A stretch of 64,000 nucleotides of DNA, taken from the NCBI GenBank assembly GCA_002269645.1, contig NIVC01002917.1, positions 1 through 64,000 on the forward strand, in the 5' to 3' direction. A program made the translations under genes and the position numbers. The first letter of the stretch is position 1; the number at the start of each line of letters is the position of its first letter. Below the pieces are notes generated by a model. It saw nothing but the letters and a program-made list of their open reading frames with translations, was not told the DNA's origin and searched no databases. The stretch is from Macrostomum lignano. Lineage: Eukaryota. Below, piece after piece: positions 1-17,700 of the stretch.

Positions 1-480
1 GCAGAAGTTTTGTCGCCTGTCCATCAGCGCCTCGGTACAAAATCGCAGCCTCGATGTCGTCCGGCACAGAGCACGCCAGTCTTCTGCGTGTTAACCACCA
101 GGCCGACACTCGCCGCAACAGCAACTAGCTTGTCCAGTTGTCGCTGGGCGCCCTCGACAGTTAAGGAGAGCAGGGCGAGATCGTCGGCGTAGCCAAGCAC
201 ACTGAGTCGCCTCTCCGGTTGACGTCGACCCACGCGTCGCAGCAACAGAAAGCCGTCGTAGTTGGTAGGAAGAGCGGTCCGCAGCACCCAGTCAAGCACC
301 AGAACGAACAGGAATGGCGCAAGCGTATCTCCCTGAAGCACCCCGGAGGATGTCTCAACCGATAGGCCGTCCGGTGTTGAAAAAGCAGCTTTCGTATCAC
401 GGTACGTCGCCATGATGGCGAAATCAGCTGCTCTGGCACGTTGTACGCACGGAGCACCTTTGGGAGCGCAGACCCGAATC
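1..480 (-). mobile_element. Degenerate non-LTR retrotransposon reverse transcriptase fragment (RTE-like)
   Basis: Minus-strand translation gives SALPKVLRAYNVPEQLI, a frameshift, then AIMATYRDTKAAF..GVLQGDTLAPFLF..LGYADDLALL..VAASVGLVVNTQKT. QGD and YADD are RT motifs. Runs off the window start. Confidence 0.85.
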
Positions 481-552
481 GGGGATACCGGCTGAGTCCG
501 GGTCCTCTTGCGCCTTGTGCCCCTTTCCCGACCCCTTGGCCTGGCCTCCAAT

Positions 553-1823
553 TAGGGGTGTTCGGGTTTGGGGTTAGGTCGGGGTTCGGGTCGGGATTAG
601 GGGTCGGGGTTCGGGGTCCGCGATGAATGTTCGGGATGGGGTTCAGGGTTCCCGATAAATGTTCGGGATCGGGATTCGGGACGGGATTTTGGACCGGGAT
701 TTCGGGTTTTCGGGGTTTCGCAAATTTTCTGCATTCCCATAGAACTACGAAAAAATCCTTATGAATTAGAATTAGCTTTTTTCGTTTTTAACGTGAGGTC
801 ATGTGGAGCCTTGAGCAGGAGCTTTCTGAGCAAGATGCCGCAGCTGCTGCCAGAAGCGCAAATACAATGGCCGCTACCGAGGAGATGCACGATAATGTCA
901 TTTTGGGTACTGAAGAGAGCTCTGGATGCAAGTTTTTGCAGTTCTGCAGATTATCTGGAATTACCACTCAGGAGTGCAATGCGACTGCGAGTGCATCGAA
1001 CTCCGGCGCCAGAGGAGACGCGAGGAAGAAGGAAGCGAGGCGCAGAGCAGCTGATCAGCTTTCTCTGTACAGGAGTCTAGCGCAGCAGAATTTTCAGGTA
1101 GCAGTCAGCGAATTCTGGAAGCAGAACTCCGCTAATCTTCCAGAACTGGCAGAGCTCGCTAAGCTTCACCTCACTGCCCCAGCATCATCTGTCCCAACAG
1201 AGTGCGCCTTCAGTGCTGCCGGTTTTCTAAAGCGCAAGGAACGCTGCATCCTTTCCAGCTCATCGCTCAGCAAGTTAATGTTCTTGCGAGATAAATTCGA
1301 TTAGCTGTATGCCATATTCGTTGAGCCAGAGACTGTAAAGTGACTCGCGTTCTATTCTATTATCACTTGGTAGTCTGATCATTCAGATTAGATGACATGA
1401 GAATTCAGATTATTTTAGTGTTTACTAGCGTCAACGTGCATCAATGGCAATGCCAACAAAGACTAAGTAAACGAGATTAAGAAAAAGAGAGATTGATTCT
1501 TGATTGATAAGATAGCTTCCATCTCTGCAGAGAAAGAGGCACATGATGTTTCACACATCAAAAGAAATGCAACCTGCCTAAAATTAATTTCACATTAACT
1601 TTAAGTTGAACTGAAACAGGCTAATAGTCGTAAGAAGCCGTCAATACCACTTTTATTTCATGCTATTGCTTACTTCGGGGTTATCGGGGTTCGGGGTCGG
1701 TATTAGGGTTCGGGACGGGGTTCGGGTTCCCGATAAATGTTCGGGACGGGGTTCGGGATTCCCGAAAGATGTTCGGGATCGGGTTAACCCGAACCCCGAA
1801 AAAATGCCATCCCGAACACCCTA
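553..1823 (+). mobile_element. Non-autonomous hAT DNA transposon (1271 bp) with TIRs and 8-bp TSD
   Basis: Left end TAGGGGTGTTCGGG (553-566); right end CCCGAACACCCTA (1811-1823). Identical 8-bp TSD CCTCCAAT at 545-552 and 1824-1831. TTCGGG subterminal arrays at about 560-720 and 1675-1820. Confidence 0.92.
801..1304 (+). pseudogene. Truncated hAT transposase ORF retaining the C-terminal dimerisation domain
   Basis: FWKQNSANLPELAELAKLHLTAPASSVPTECAFSAAGFLKRKERCILSSSSLSKLMFL matches the hATC motif (W...P.L...A...L..PASS...ER.FS). No catalytic core is present. Confidence 0.85.
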
Positions 1824-2394
1824 CCTCCAATCTAAAGCTGGATAGGTGATACCCTTGTGGCTTGCAGCCCTATAAGAGGGTTTTGCTAGGTTTACCTCTT
1901 GATAGGAGACTCGCCCTCGGAATCAAGCCTTCCAGCCAAATACCAAATTCCTAACTATTGCTTTTTCCGTAGACCTCTGGAATTTCCCCGCTCTCGGACC
2001 GCTCTAAGTAGCAAGCTAAGCTTTTCAAACCCTTTTTCGCGCGCACTCCCAAAGACTTCCCTGCTGGGTGGTGGCCTAAGTGGACTCGGTCCTAGCATCG
2101 TCCCTGATCCCACTTTTGGGTTGGCGGTGCCTTAGTCCATAGGCTTGGGTTAGTAGGCAGTTCACACCCAGCCCTAGCCACGACGTTAGGGTCTAACCAA
2201 CTAGTGGGTATCTCGGGCTTAGGCCCCTGGAAGTGCCCATCAGCGGCAAAGCCCCTCTCAGGGCATCCGCGGTAGCAACAGCTCCCACCCCGTTTAACAA
2301 CAACAATAACGCAATTCTAACTGCATACAGACTAGTACAGGAACAGGACTAACCATACATGTATTAGTAGGTTCCGCGTATTCTGATGGGTTTC

Positions 2395-5300
2395 GACCTT
2401 CCGGCCCCTTGTGGGGAAACCTTCGGGCCTCAGGTCTCAGAAATAAATCAATTAGAGTCCTGGCCCCCCACTCCTGTCAGATGGTCAGCCCCGTGGTAGC
2501 TTGATCGTGTGGCGAGCAGTCTAGGTCCTATAGCTAAGAGAGGGACAGCGAGAGACAAGCAGGGAGAATTTTGAAGGTAGAAATTAGTTAATCCGCAGAT
2601 TAGGTAACTCGCTGCCACCAGCCCGTGCGTCCTGGCTCACCAAACCGGGACTCTCGAAATCGGGCTTCCGACTAGAGGGGGCTTTGCACTTACCTGCCAA
2701 CTAGTGTCTTTTTGCTGTCAATCTCGAAGTCATAGCCGATGCCGAGGTACAGAGGGGACTTGTGCAGGGGATTCTTGCAGTGGCGAGACTATGGGGTAGC
2801 TACATGTACTATTACATTGCTAAATACGAAAATATGTACTTTTGGCCGTCAACGCGCCAACTAGCCTCTCCTAGCGCTGATGATAGACTAACTCGAACTT
2901 CAGAGACCGCATGATTCATTACCCGAGCCGCTTGGCTAACCTAGAGTGCACAAAGTACATCTCTGGCGCCGATTCTGCACTTCTGGCAGTTTTGCTCACT
3001 GATTTGGTAGTTTGATCGACTGAGAACTGCCTTGCCATTGGTCCACTGTGACCGGTGCCTACTAGCTTAGCTATTCATCTGAGCCATCGGCGAACAAAGA
3101 AATAAAACCGATAAAAATAACTGTTAGATTTAACCTTCTCCTTAGATCACTTCACATCTCAGATTGAATTGGAGTTCAGACTACTAGCAGTATTATTGAA
3201 TGATTTCTGCCTCGATTACAGCACTACTGAACAAAATGAGCAAAAGTGTGCGTCTAATCCAGCTACTGAAACAGGGGACAGATAAGGAATCACCCAATCA
3301 AGCAAGTCTAGGCAGCCTCTCACCCAACCAATCAGAATTTCAACAGCCGGAGACTAGGTAATCCACAGTGACCGAATCGGCTTAGTGCTTCGCAGCTGTA
3401 GGCCCGGGATGATGCTAATTAGACCGAGTGTTCTCAAAGTGGGGGCTTGTTAAATGTGACGATTGTTCAGGGTTTTTTAGTCTGTTGTCTGCTGCGGCGT
3501 CGCAATCTTCGCTGATGGCTAGCAGGTGATGGATGATCTTTAACCTTGATGTTCGCTGCTGACGACCGGGGGAATTCGTCCTTGATGGTGATGGGGGGTG
3601 TCGCGATCCGGGGATCAAGAAACGTCGGTCAATTCCTGGCCGGTGGAGCCAAGGGTGGCACCCGGTCGCAAGAAGGTTTGCAGGGGTAGCACCCGGAATG
3701 CAGTCCGAGCGGGCCGAAAACACCGGTTTAAATAGCCACCAACTGGACCGCAGTTTGTTATAATGAGACACCTCGATTCTGATTGGCTGAGCCGATTTGT
3801 TAAAATGAGCGTCGAATTTTCTGATTGGCTAAGCTTGTTGCTACCCAGAATCACGTGACCGGGAGATCCTATCAGTTCCCTCGGGGTCGTAAAAACATGA
3901 CAGGTGCGGCCATAAATCAATCAAAATCGCAACAATATGATTTATGACTTTTCGCGTAGAATTGACAGAAATTAATTAAAAAAACATACATTAGAAAGCT
4001 CTTATTAAATAGAAAGTGAAGATAATGAAGAGAAATTGCTAATCGCTAATCCCAAAGTACTTTTAGGGGTAAAACGCATAGCTGTCAAAGCTGTCACACG
4101 CTTGAGTGAACACGAACAATAGGCTCTGACCTCATAAATCTTGATGGCCTGTCAAAATGATGAGAAAAAAGCTACCGCCCGCATCCTCTCAGACCATCTG
4201 GCGCCCGTCTCAACACTGAGTGAGGCGCAGGTGGCTGTCAGACCAGCTTCGAAAGCAATGATTTATGACCCAAAAAGCTGCGCCTATGTTATTATGACTA
4301 CTAGTATGACCAAACATTATATCTAGTATAGATTCTATGACAATTCGCAGAAAACGGATAAAAATGCCCATTGCCCACTGTTAGTAGGCAAGTAAGTTTA
4401 GAGCCCATGTGCTAGCGCGGGATTTGGAAAAAAGTGCGTCCTCATCACTAATGTATATTTTTTCATTAGTCTTTGTCAATTCTACGCGGAAAGTCATAAA
4501 TCATTTTGTTGCGATTTTGATTGATTTATGGCCGCACCCGTCATATTTTTACGACCCTGAGGGAACTGATGGGATCTCCCGGTCACGTGAATTTGGGTGG
4601 CAACAAGCTCAGCCAATCAGAAAATTCGACGTGCGTTATTACAAATCGGCTCAGCCAATCAGAATCGAGGTGTTCCATTATAACAAATTGCGGTCCAGTT
4701 GGCGGCTATTTAAACCGGCGTTTTTGGCCCGCTCGGAGCTCAACTGGCTGGAATTCGGCTCCACCTCCTAGGACTTTGGCCTAACGGAGCCCGACCGTCG
4801 TCTCTTGATCCCCGGATCGCGACACCCCCCATCACCATCAAGGACGAATTCCCCCGGTCGTCAACAGCGAACATCAAGGTTAAAGATCATCACCTGCTAG
4901 CTATCTGCGAAGTTTGTGACATCAGCATCATCCCGAGCCTACAGCTGCGAAGCACTAAGCCGATTCGGTCACTGTGGATTACCTGGTCTCCGGCTGTTGA
5001 AATTCTGATTGGTTGGGTGAGAGGCTGCCTAGACTTGCTTGATTGGGTGATTCCTTATCTGTCCCCTGTTTCAGTAGCTGGATTAGGCGCACACTTTTGC
5101 TCATTTTGTTCAGTAGTGCTGTAATCGAGGCAGAAATCATTCAATAATACTGCTAGTAGTCTGAACTCCAATTCAATCTGAGATGTGAAGTGATCTAAGG
5201 AGAAGGTTAAATCTAACAGTTATTTTTATCGGTTTTATTTCTTTGTTCGCCGATGGCTCAGATGAATAGCTAAGCTAGTAGGCACCGGTCACAGTGGACC

Positions 5301-5985
5301 AATGGCAAGGCAGTTCTCAGTCGATCAATCCATCAAATCAGTTAGCGAAATTGCCAATAGTGCAGAATCGGCGCCAGAGATGTACTCTGTGCACTCTAGG
5401 TTAGCCAAGCGGCTCGGGTAAAGTATCATGCGGTCTCCGATGTTCGAGTTAGCCTATCATCAGCGCTAGGAGAGGCTGGTTGGCGCATTGAAGGCCAAAA
5501 GTACAATTCCTCGTATTTAGCAATGTAATAGTACATGTAGCTACCCCATAGTCTCGCCACTACAAGAATCCCCTGCACAAGTCCCCTCTGTACCTGCATT
5601 GCCAATGCGATCAAGTCCCAGCAGTGTCCTTCTTATTATCGGCTATGACTTCGAGATTGACAGCAAAAAGACACTAGTTGGCAGGTAAGGCTAAGCCCCC
5701 TCTAGTCGGAAGCCCGATTTCGAGAGTCCCGGTTTGGTGAGCCAGGACGCACGGGCTGGTGGCAGCGAGTTAGCTTAGTCTGCGGATTAGTTGATCTCTA
5801 CCTTCGAAATTCTCCCTGCTTGTCTCTCGCTGTCCCTCTCTTAGCTATAGGACCTAGACTGCTCGCCACAAGATTAAGCTACCATGGGGCTGACCATCTG
5901 ACAGGAGTGGGGGGCCAGGACTCTAATTGATTTATTTCTGAGACCTGAGGCCCGAAGGCTTCCCCCCCCAGGGGGCCGAAAGATC
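2395..5985. repeat. Long inverted duplication: arms about 2395-3993 and 4448-5985, spacer about 450 bp
   Basis: The arms are direct reverse complements over about 1.55 kb (for example 3061-3240 equals the reverse complement of about 5100-5280 exactly). Indels at about 3417-3500 (left arm only) and about 5585-5635 (right arm only). Confidence 0.95.
4583..4714 (+). promoter_or_regulatory. Pol II promoter-like cassette (E-box, two CCAAT boxes, TATA-like), mirrored on - at about 3727-3858
   Basis: TCACGTGA 4583-4590; AGCCAATCAG 4611-4620 and 4653-4662; TATTTAAA 4707-4714. The same order and spacing is kept in the other arm. Confidence 0.55.
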
Positions 5986-6789
5986 ATAAGCTTGAAATAT
6001 AAAAATCCAAAGTACATAATATATTTCAAAGTAATAAAAGTAACCAAATTAATGCATGATAAAATGTATCATATAGCTATATTTTAATATATCTTTATAA
6101 TTAACTATCTAGATATAAGTCATATAAAGCAAAGTAATTCATAAAACAAGTGTTGCATGCTCCAGATTACATGCAGTTGGCTTAAATCTAACTAATGTTG
6201 ACACGAAACAGATACTGAGTATGCTATAACTATTGAAAAGAATGGTTCTACTGTAACGATAGGAAACAGATAAAAAAATTAAATAAAATACTAACATAAT
6301 AAACAAAAGCATGCGAACGCGTTACATATGCGTTGTGCACACGCATGGTGCACGCTGTTCGCTTTACTGGAGATTTGAATAATTAACCATTATTTTTAAT
6401 TTGCTTTGAGCAAAGTATCGCGTCTAAAACGCACTAAATACACTAGCGTAATACGCGTGTTTTACGCGCTGTGTATGACATTACGCTCCAAATGTGCGCG
6501 TAATTCGCGCGTACCTGTTGATTGAGTTTGTTAATGTCACAGTGTAATGTTCAGATTTTTTTCTAAATTTTGACTCTTCAGCCTCTTGGCTTACTGTCGC
6601 ATGTTGTGAGTTGTGAGAGGAGAAATTAGAAAACGAGAAAAATAGACGAATGAAGATTTATCTCGTAAAAACAGATAACCTAGCTAGAAACATTTCGCCA
6701 TAATATAGCATAAACGTAACGTCTGTGCATACTAAGAGTGGTGGCTGTGGCTGACTGACGAAGGCAAATAAGCCAGAAACAGATCTCCG

Positions 6790-7530
6790 TCTGCAAATGT
6801 CGGAGCGGAGAGAACAGGTTTGGCCCGAAGTGAATGAGCCTGGCCCAGGTGAAGACCGGGAAATGGCAGATAAAGTGCTCATCATTTTCATTTCCCGAGC
6901 GACAGAAGGGCACAGCTCCTTCGGTTACCTGGCCCTGAAGGAAGCGTTGGCGAGAGCAGCAGCCATGCCCGGAGAGGGCCATGCTGACTGCTCTGAGGTC
7001 TCTGCGGCTGAGCCTGAGCCAGCAATTATATGAGTGTCGTACCACCTGCGGAGATGTCCGGAGTCAGCCCAGCGCTTGACGCGGGCCCTGAGATCGGCCT
7101 CAAAAGGCGGAGCCAGCCTTGGCCAGCAGGTCAGTGCACTCGTTGCCGAGGAAACCAGCGTGGCGCTGGATCCATTAGAGCTCCACCTGACTGCCTAGCG
7201 CGAGTCCATTGAGCTGGGAATTGCAGTCCAGGACAGATTTGAAGCCGGTGGTGCTTTGGCAGAGTGCCCGAAGGGCTGCTTGGCTGTCGGAGTAAAAAAT
7301 AACTTTCCAACAAACTAAGGTAAGGCTGATGGGCCTGAAGGCCTTCACCGATTGGTACATGTAGTCGCTCTTTCCAGGCTTGGCTCTTTTCAGGTCAGCC
7401 CAGTTCCATGCAAGTTCGGAGGTGCCGACAGAGGAGGTCCGAGAAGCGGTGGTTTTTCACCGCCACGTGCAAGAACGCTGGCTAGATGCCGTCGGGCCCA
7501 GGCGCCTTGAACGGATTTAAAAGATTGCCG
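6790..7530 (-). mobile_element. Internally deleted LINE remnant with RNase H and C-terminal Cys/His knuckle (I-group-like)
   Basis: Minus strand reads KAPGPDGI, then KPGKSDY..KAFRPISLT fused directly to IFYSDSQAALRAL..WI..HAGFLGNE (RNase H), then LSRRDLR..LSGHG..FCRSGNENDEHFICHFP. Contains stops and frameshifts. Confidence 0.85.
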
Positions 7531-7624
7531 CTCTAGTAATGCGGTCTTTGGTGATAATAGAATTCACTAGTCGCTAGTCAACTTACGCTCAATGAGGTTG
7601 ACTAGCGCGTCGCAGACCAAATCC

Positions 7625-7990
7625 TGGTGAGTGCGGCGCTCACCAGCTTCGGATCGGGGTCACCAGTATCCGTGGGCTCCTTCTCAGCAGAAGGCCTTTG
7701 ATTAGTCGGGAGGCAGTTGGCGGCATTCGCCGCCCTTCGCCCACCGGCTGCGGGGTCTTCCGCCACAGAGTGGCCCAATGCCCTGGAGTAGCCAGCCGCC
7801 TGGGCAGGCGGGTCCGTCTCTGCAGTTGGCCCTGTCCCGAGGGGTTGGACCCAGAAACGACGTTCCCACCCTTCTTGGACGAACTGGTGCGCCTGGGCGT
7901 CCCGCGACCTCTCGCCTCAGCTGGCTGCTCGCTGGAACAGGCCGCGCCGTCCCTGCTACCCCATCTCGATCCCACCCTTTGATAAAAGCA
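7625..7990 (-). mobile_element. GC-rich isolated segment, possibly the 5' region of a non-LTR element
   Basis: GC-rich island between AT-rich flanks, ending in a perfect hairpin CTGGTGAG-N7-CTCACCAG (7624-7646). No recognisable protein motif. Confidence 0.25.
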
Positions 7991-8774
7991 CCACCAGTAC
8001 TCCACCGTGTCTATTCTTTGATAACTGATTCCGACTTCGTTCATTAGCATTTTCAAAGCAATTTAGTTTAATGCAGAAGCAATCAGTTCAATCGGTTTTA
8101 TATCCAAATCTAAAAACTGAAGTTATATTTCATAAAATTCTGGTTTATTGCCATATACAAGTCACGCCTGAAAGAACGCCGTGCTCAAAGCACCAACTCT
8201 CGTGTTTAAAGCTCAAATATGCGTCCGTTGGACAGCTGCAGTTTATTGTTTTGCTTAAGCTGCTGAGGCTTTGGATAAAAACTGGGTCTCCATGCCCAAA
8301 GTATTAAGAAAGTCTTATTTGATTGTAGTAACCCAGCGTTCATTGAAGGTCTTGAGAAAAAGAGCGAGAAAAAGTTAACATTGAGTTTAGCTCAAACAAA
8401 AATTAGTTGTACAGGCAACTGAAATTCACTTACCATAAAAAGAGGTGTCTATTTTACTCATCGGTATGAAACACATGGTCGCTTCTTGCCTTCTTGTAAG
8501 TAAAAAAATGTTTATATATTTCAGCATATCAGTAAAATCAAATCAGATAGTCATTGTTTTTTTCTGACTTTGCGTCAGAGTCTGATAGCTAAACAAAGCC
8601 CATCGAGAGAAGCATTAAAGTACACAAATTGAACAGGAACTTTTCTTGATTTTGTTTGCACTGTGATAGCCTAGTTGTATCGATCGGTCACAGGACTCCT
8701 TCATAAGATATGAGCTCGACACTTTGTGCGAGTGTACATAAATTGAATTCAACAGTTCATGCGCACACTTCCAG

Positions 8775-16108
<7,334 letters not shown>

Positions 16109-17011
16109 GCGTTGAATCCGACCGAGATGCGGTCTTGAGAACTACGAGAGCTCACTGGGCTTTTTAACAGCGGCACTGATTCCTTATCTTACATAATCGC
16201 CACCGTATCTATTTAAATCTTTTTTCTTCCATGTTATTACTTTTCATTATGATTTTATCATATTATTTAATCTATCAGTGACTGTTGAAAATAGTCACTA
16301 TTGTGGTTTTCATTTGGGAAATGGGATATTAAAATAAACTATACGGTAAATCTACACGGGAATTGCTTTTGCAATAGCATTCTTGTAAAACCTTATGATT
16401 TTTAAGCTTTGTAAAACAAGGAATTCAAAGTGGCAGCACATTGCAAATGAGCAGAACGGTTCGTTCAATTTTTCCGGTCCAGCATTAAATCAATTCGCGA
16501 TAATGAGAGATCAGCTACTGAAAGTAGAAAAATAGAAACTTGAACATCGGAATTTATTCGATCAGTGAAAAAAGTATTACCACTATATTAGCTAGTTTCG
16601 TGTAGAAAAAGACAAGACTAAATAGAAAGTTTCTAGCGAGGACTTAGACTTGTGCTTCAGTCTGCCAAATTAGATTTTACTCCACTTTATATAACCCATA
16701 GGCTCAAAAAAGGAGGCCGCTATATCTGGCCGCCAGAGCGCGGCGCTGCACCGCCGGTGACTCTGAGCTGGCAGTTGCACCCTTGGTACATGGGTTCTGC
16801 TGCTGCTGACGCTGCAAACGGCGAGAACTTGCACACTCGGCGTTTCGTCGACTGCCTTCTGGCTGAGACCGGCGCCCGCGGACTCAGACGGCGGTGTGAC
16901 ATACTTTGGTGTCCCTTTTTGTTTTTGTTACGCTGTGAGCTCGATATTCGTTGCTAGTCATTAGGAGTTAATAAAATTCAGCATGAATGCTTGCACAACC
17001 ATGCATATAAA

Positions 17012-17298
17012 GGGGTTGTAGACTAGTCGTTAGAGCGTCGGACTCAGTATTGAAAGGTCGGGGGTTCGATTCCCGATCCCACTGGAACAATTTGTATCCT
17101 TGAGTAAGTCACTTAACTCTGAATTGTTTCAGTTCACCCAGCTGTAAAATGGGTTTTAGCTGGGGTAATTGAGAGTGTGTGTGGCAACCCCCCCCCCCAG
17201 TCCTTGGACTGAACAGCCGTACGCAGCCTTCAGATGCGCCGCGCAATAGCTGCGGCTGAGCTGTCGGTTGCACATCTGCCCATTAGGGCAGGTGCAAT
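17012..17298 (+). mobile_element. tRNA-derived SINE with CORE-like central domain, copy 1
   Basis: A-box-like TAGACTAGTCG and B-box GGTTCGATTCC. CCTTGAGTAAGTCACTTAAC..CAGCTGTAAAATGGG resembles the CORE consensus. Two more copies lie in the window. Confidence 0.85.
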
Positions 17299-17403
17299 CG
17301 AAAAAAATATGTACGGTCTGGTAAGGCAATTTAATGATGTCAGCACCGCCAAAATGGCTGATGCATCAGATGGTGTATTTTAGTTTTAGTCCAAATTAGA
17401 CAA

Positions 17404-17700
17404 TCAGGGAAAATCAGCCCTAATGATGTCGATGATGCGGTTCATCAGATCGTCGAGCATGTCGCTGAGCAGCTGCTTGTTGGCCTCCGCGATGCCCGTC
17501 AGGTTGTTGGCGATGAGCTGCATGATGGTGCGCACGTTCTCAACCAGATCGCGGCTGCCGATGCCAATCTGGATGAAGATCTCCACGATCTTGGCGATGG
17601 GTGCCGCCAGAACGTTGGCCAAGGTGTCAACAGCGCGACGGATCAGGTCGGCGGCCTCGCCAACCTTGTTCTCGATGTCGGCGCGGAGCTTGTCCAGCAC
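17404..17700 (-). CDS. Secreted protein exon 8 (terminal)
   Basis: VLDKLRAD..IAEANKQLL..ADFP stop. Confidence 0.85.
   Translation of the reverse strand: MLDKLRADIENKVGEAADLIRRAVDTLANVLAAPIAKIVEIFIQIGIGSRDLVENVRTIMQLIANNLTGIAEANKQLLSDMLDDLMNRIIDIIRADFP

Noticed and set aside
553-720. GGGTTAGG / GGGATTAGGG telomere-like words
   Set aside because: They lie inside the TTCGGG subterminal array of the TSD-bounded hAT element and are not a TTAGGG tract.
2877-2897. CTGATGA..CGAAC hammerhead-like core in the inverted arms (Penelope-like hypothesis)
   Set aside because: No proper stem II closing pair, GAAC instead of GAAA, and no stems I/III found. The CTGAGTGA..GAAA in the spacer (about 4216-4258) also fails.
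3415-4784. Short ORFs in the inverted arms
   Set aside because: They are not conserved in frame between the two arms and have no recognisable motif.
16652-16957. GC-rich ORF between the LicD gene and the SINE
   Set aside because: TTG start, no motif and no splice support.
17012-17085. tRNA gene
   Set aside because: No acceptor-stem closure or intact anticodon stem, and it continues into a shared 220-bp body in three dispersed copies, so it is a SINE head.
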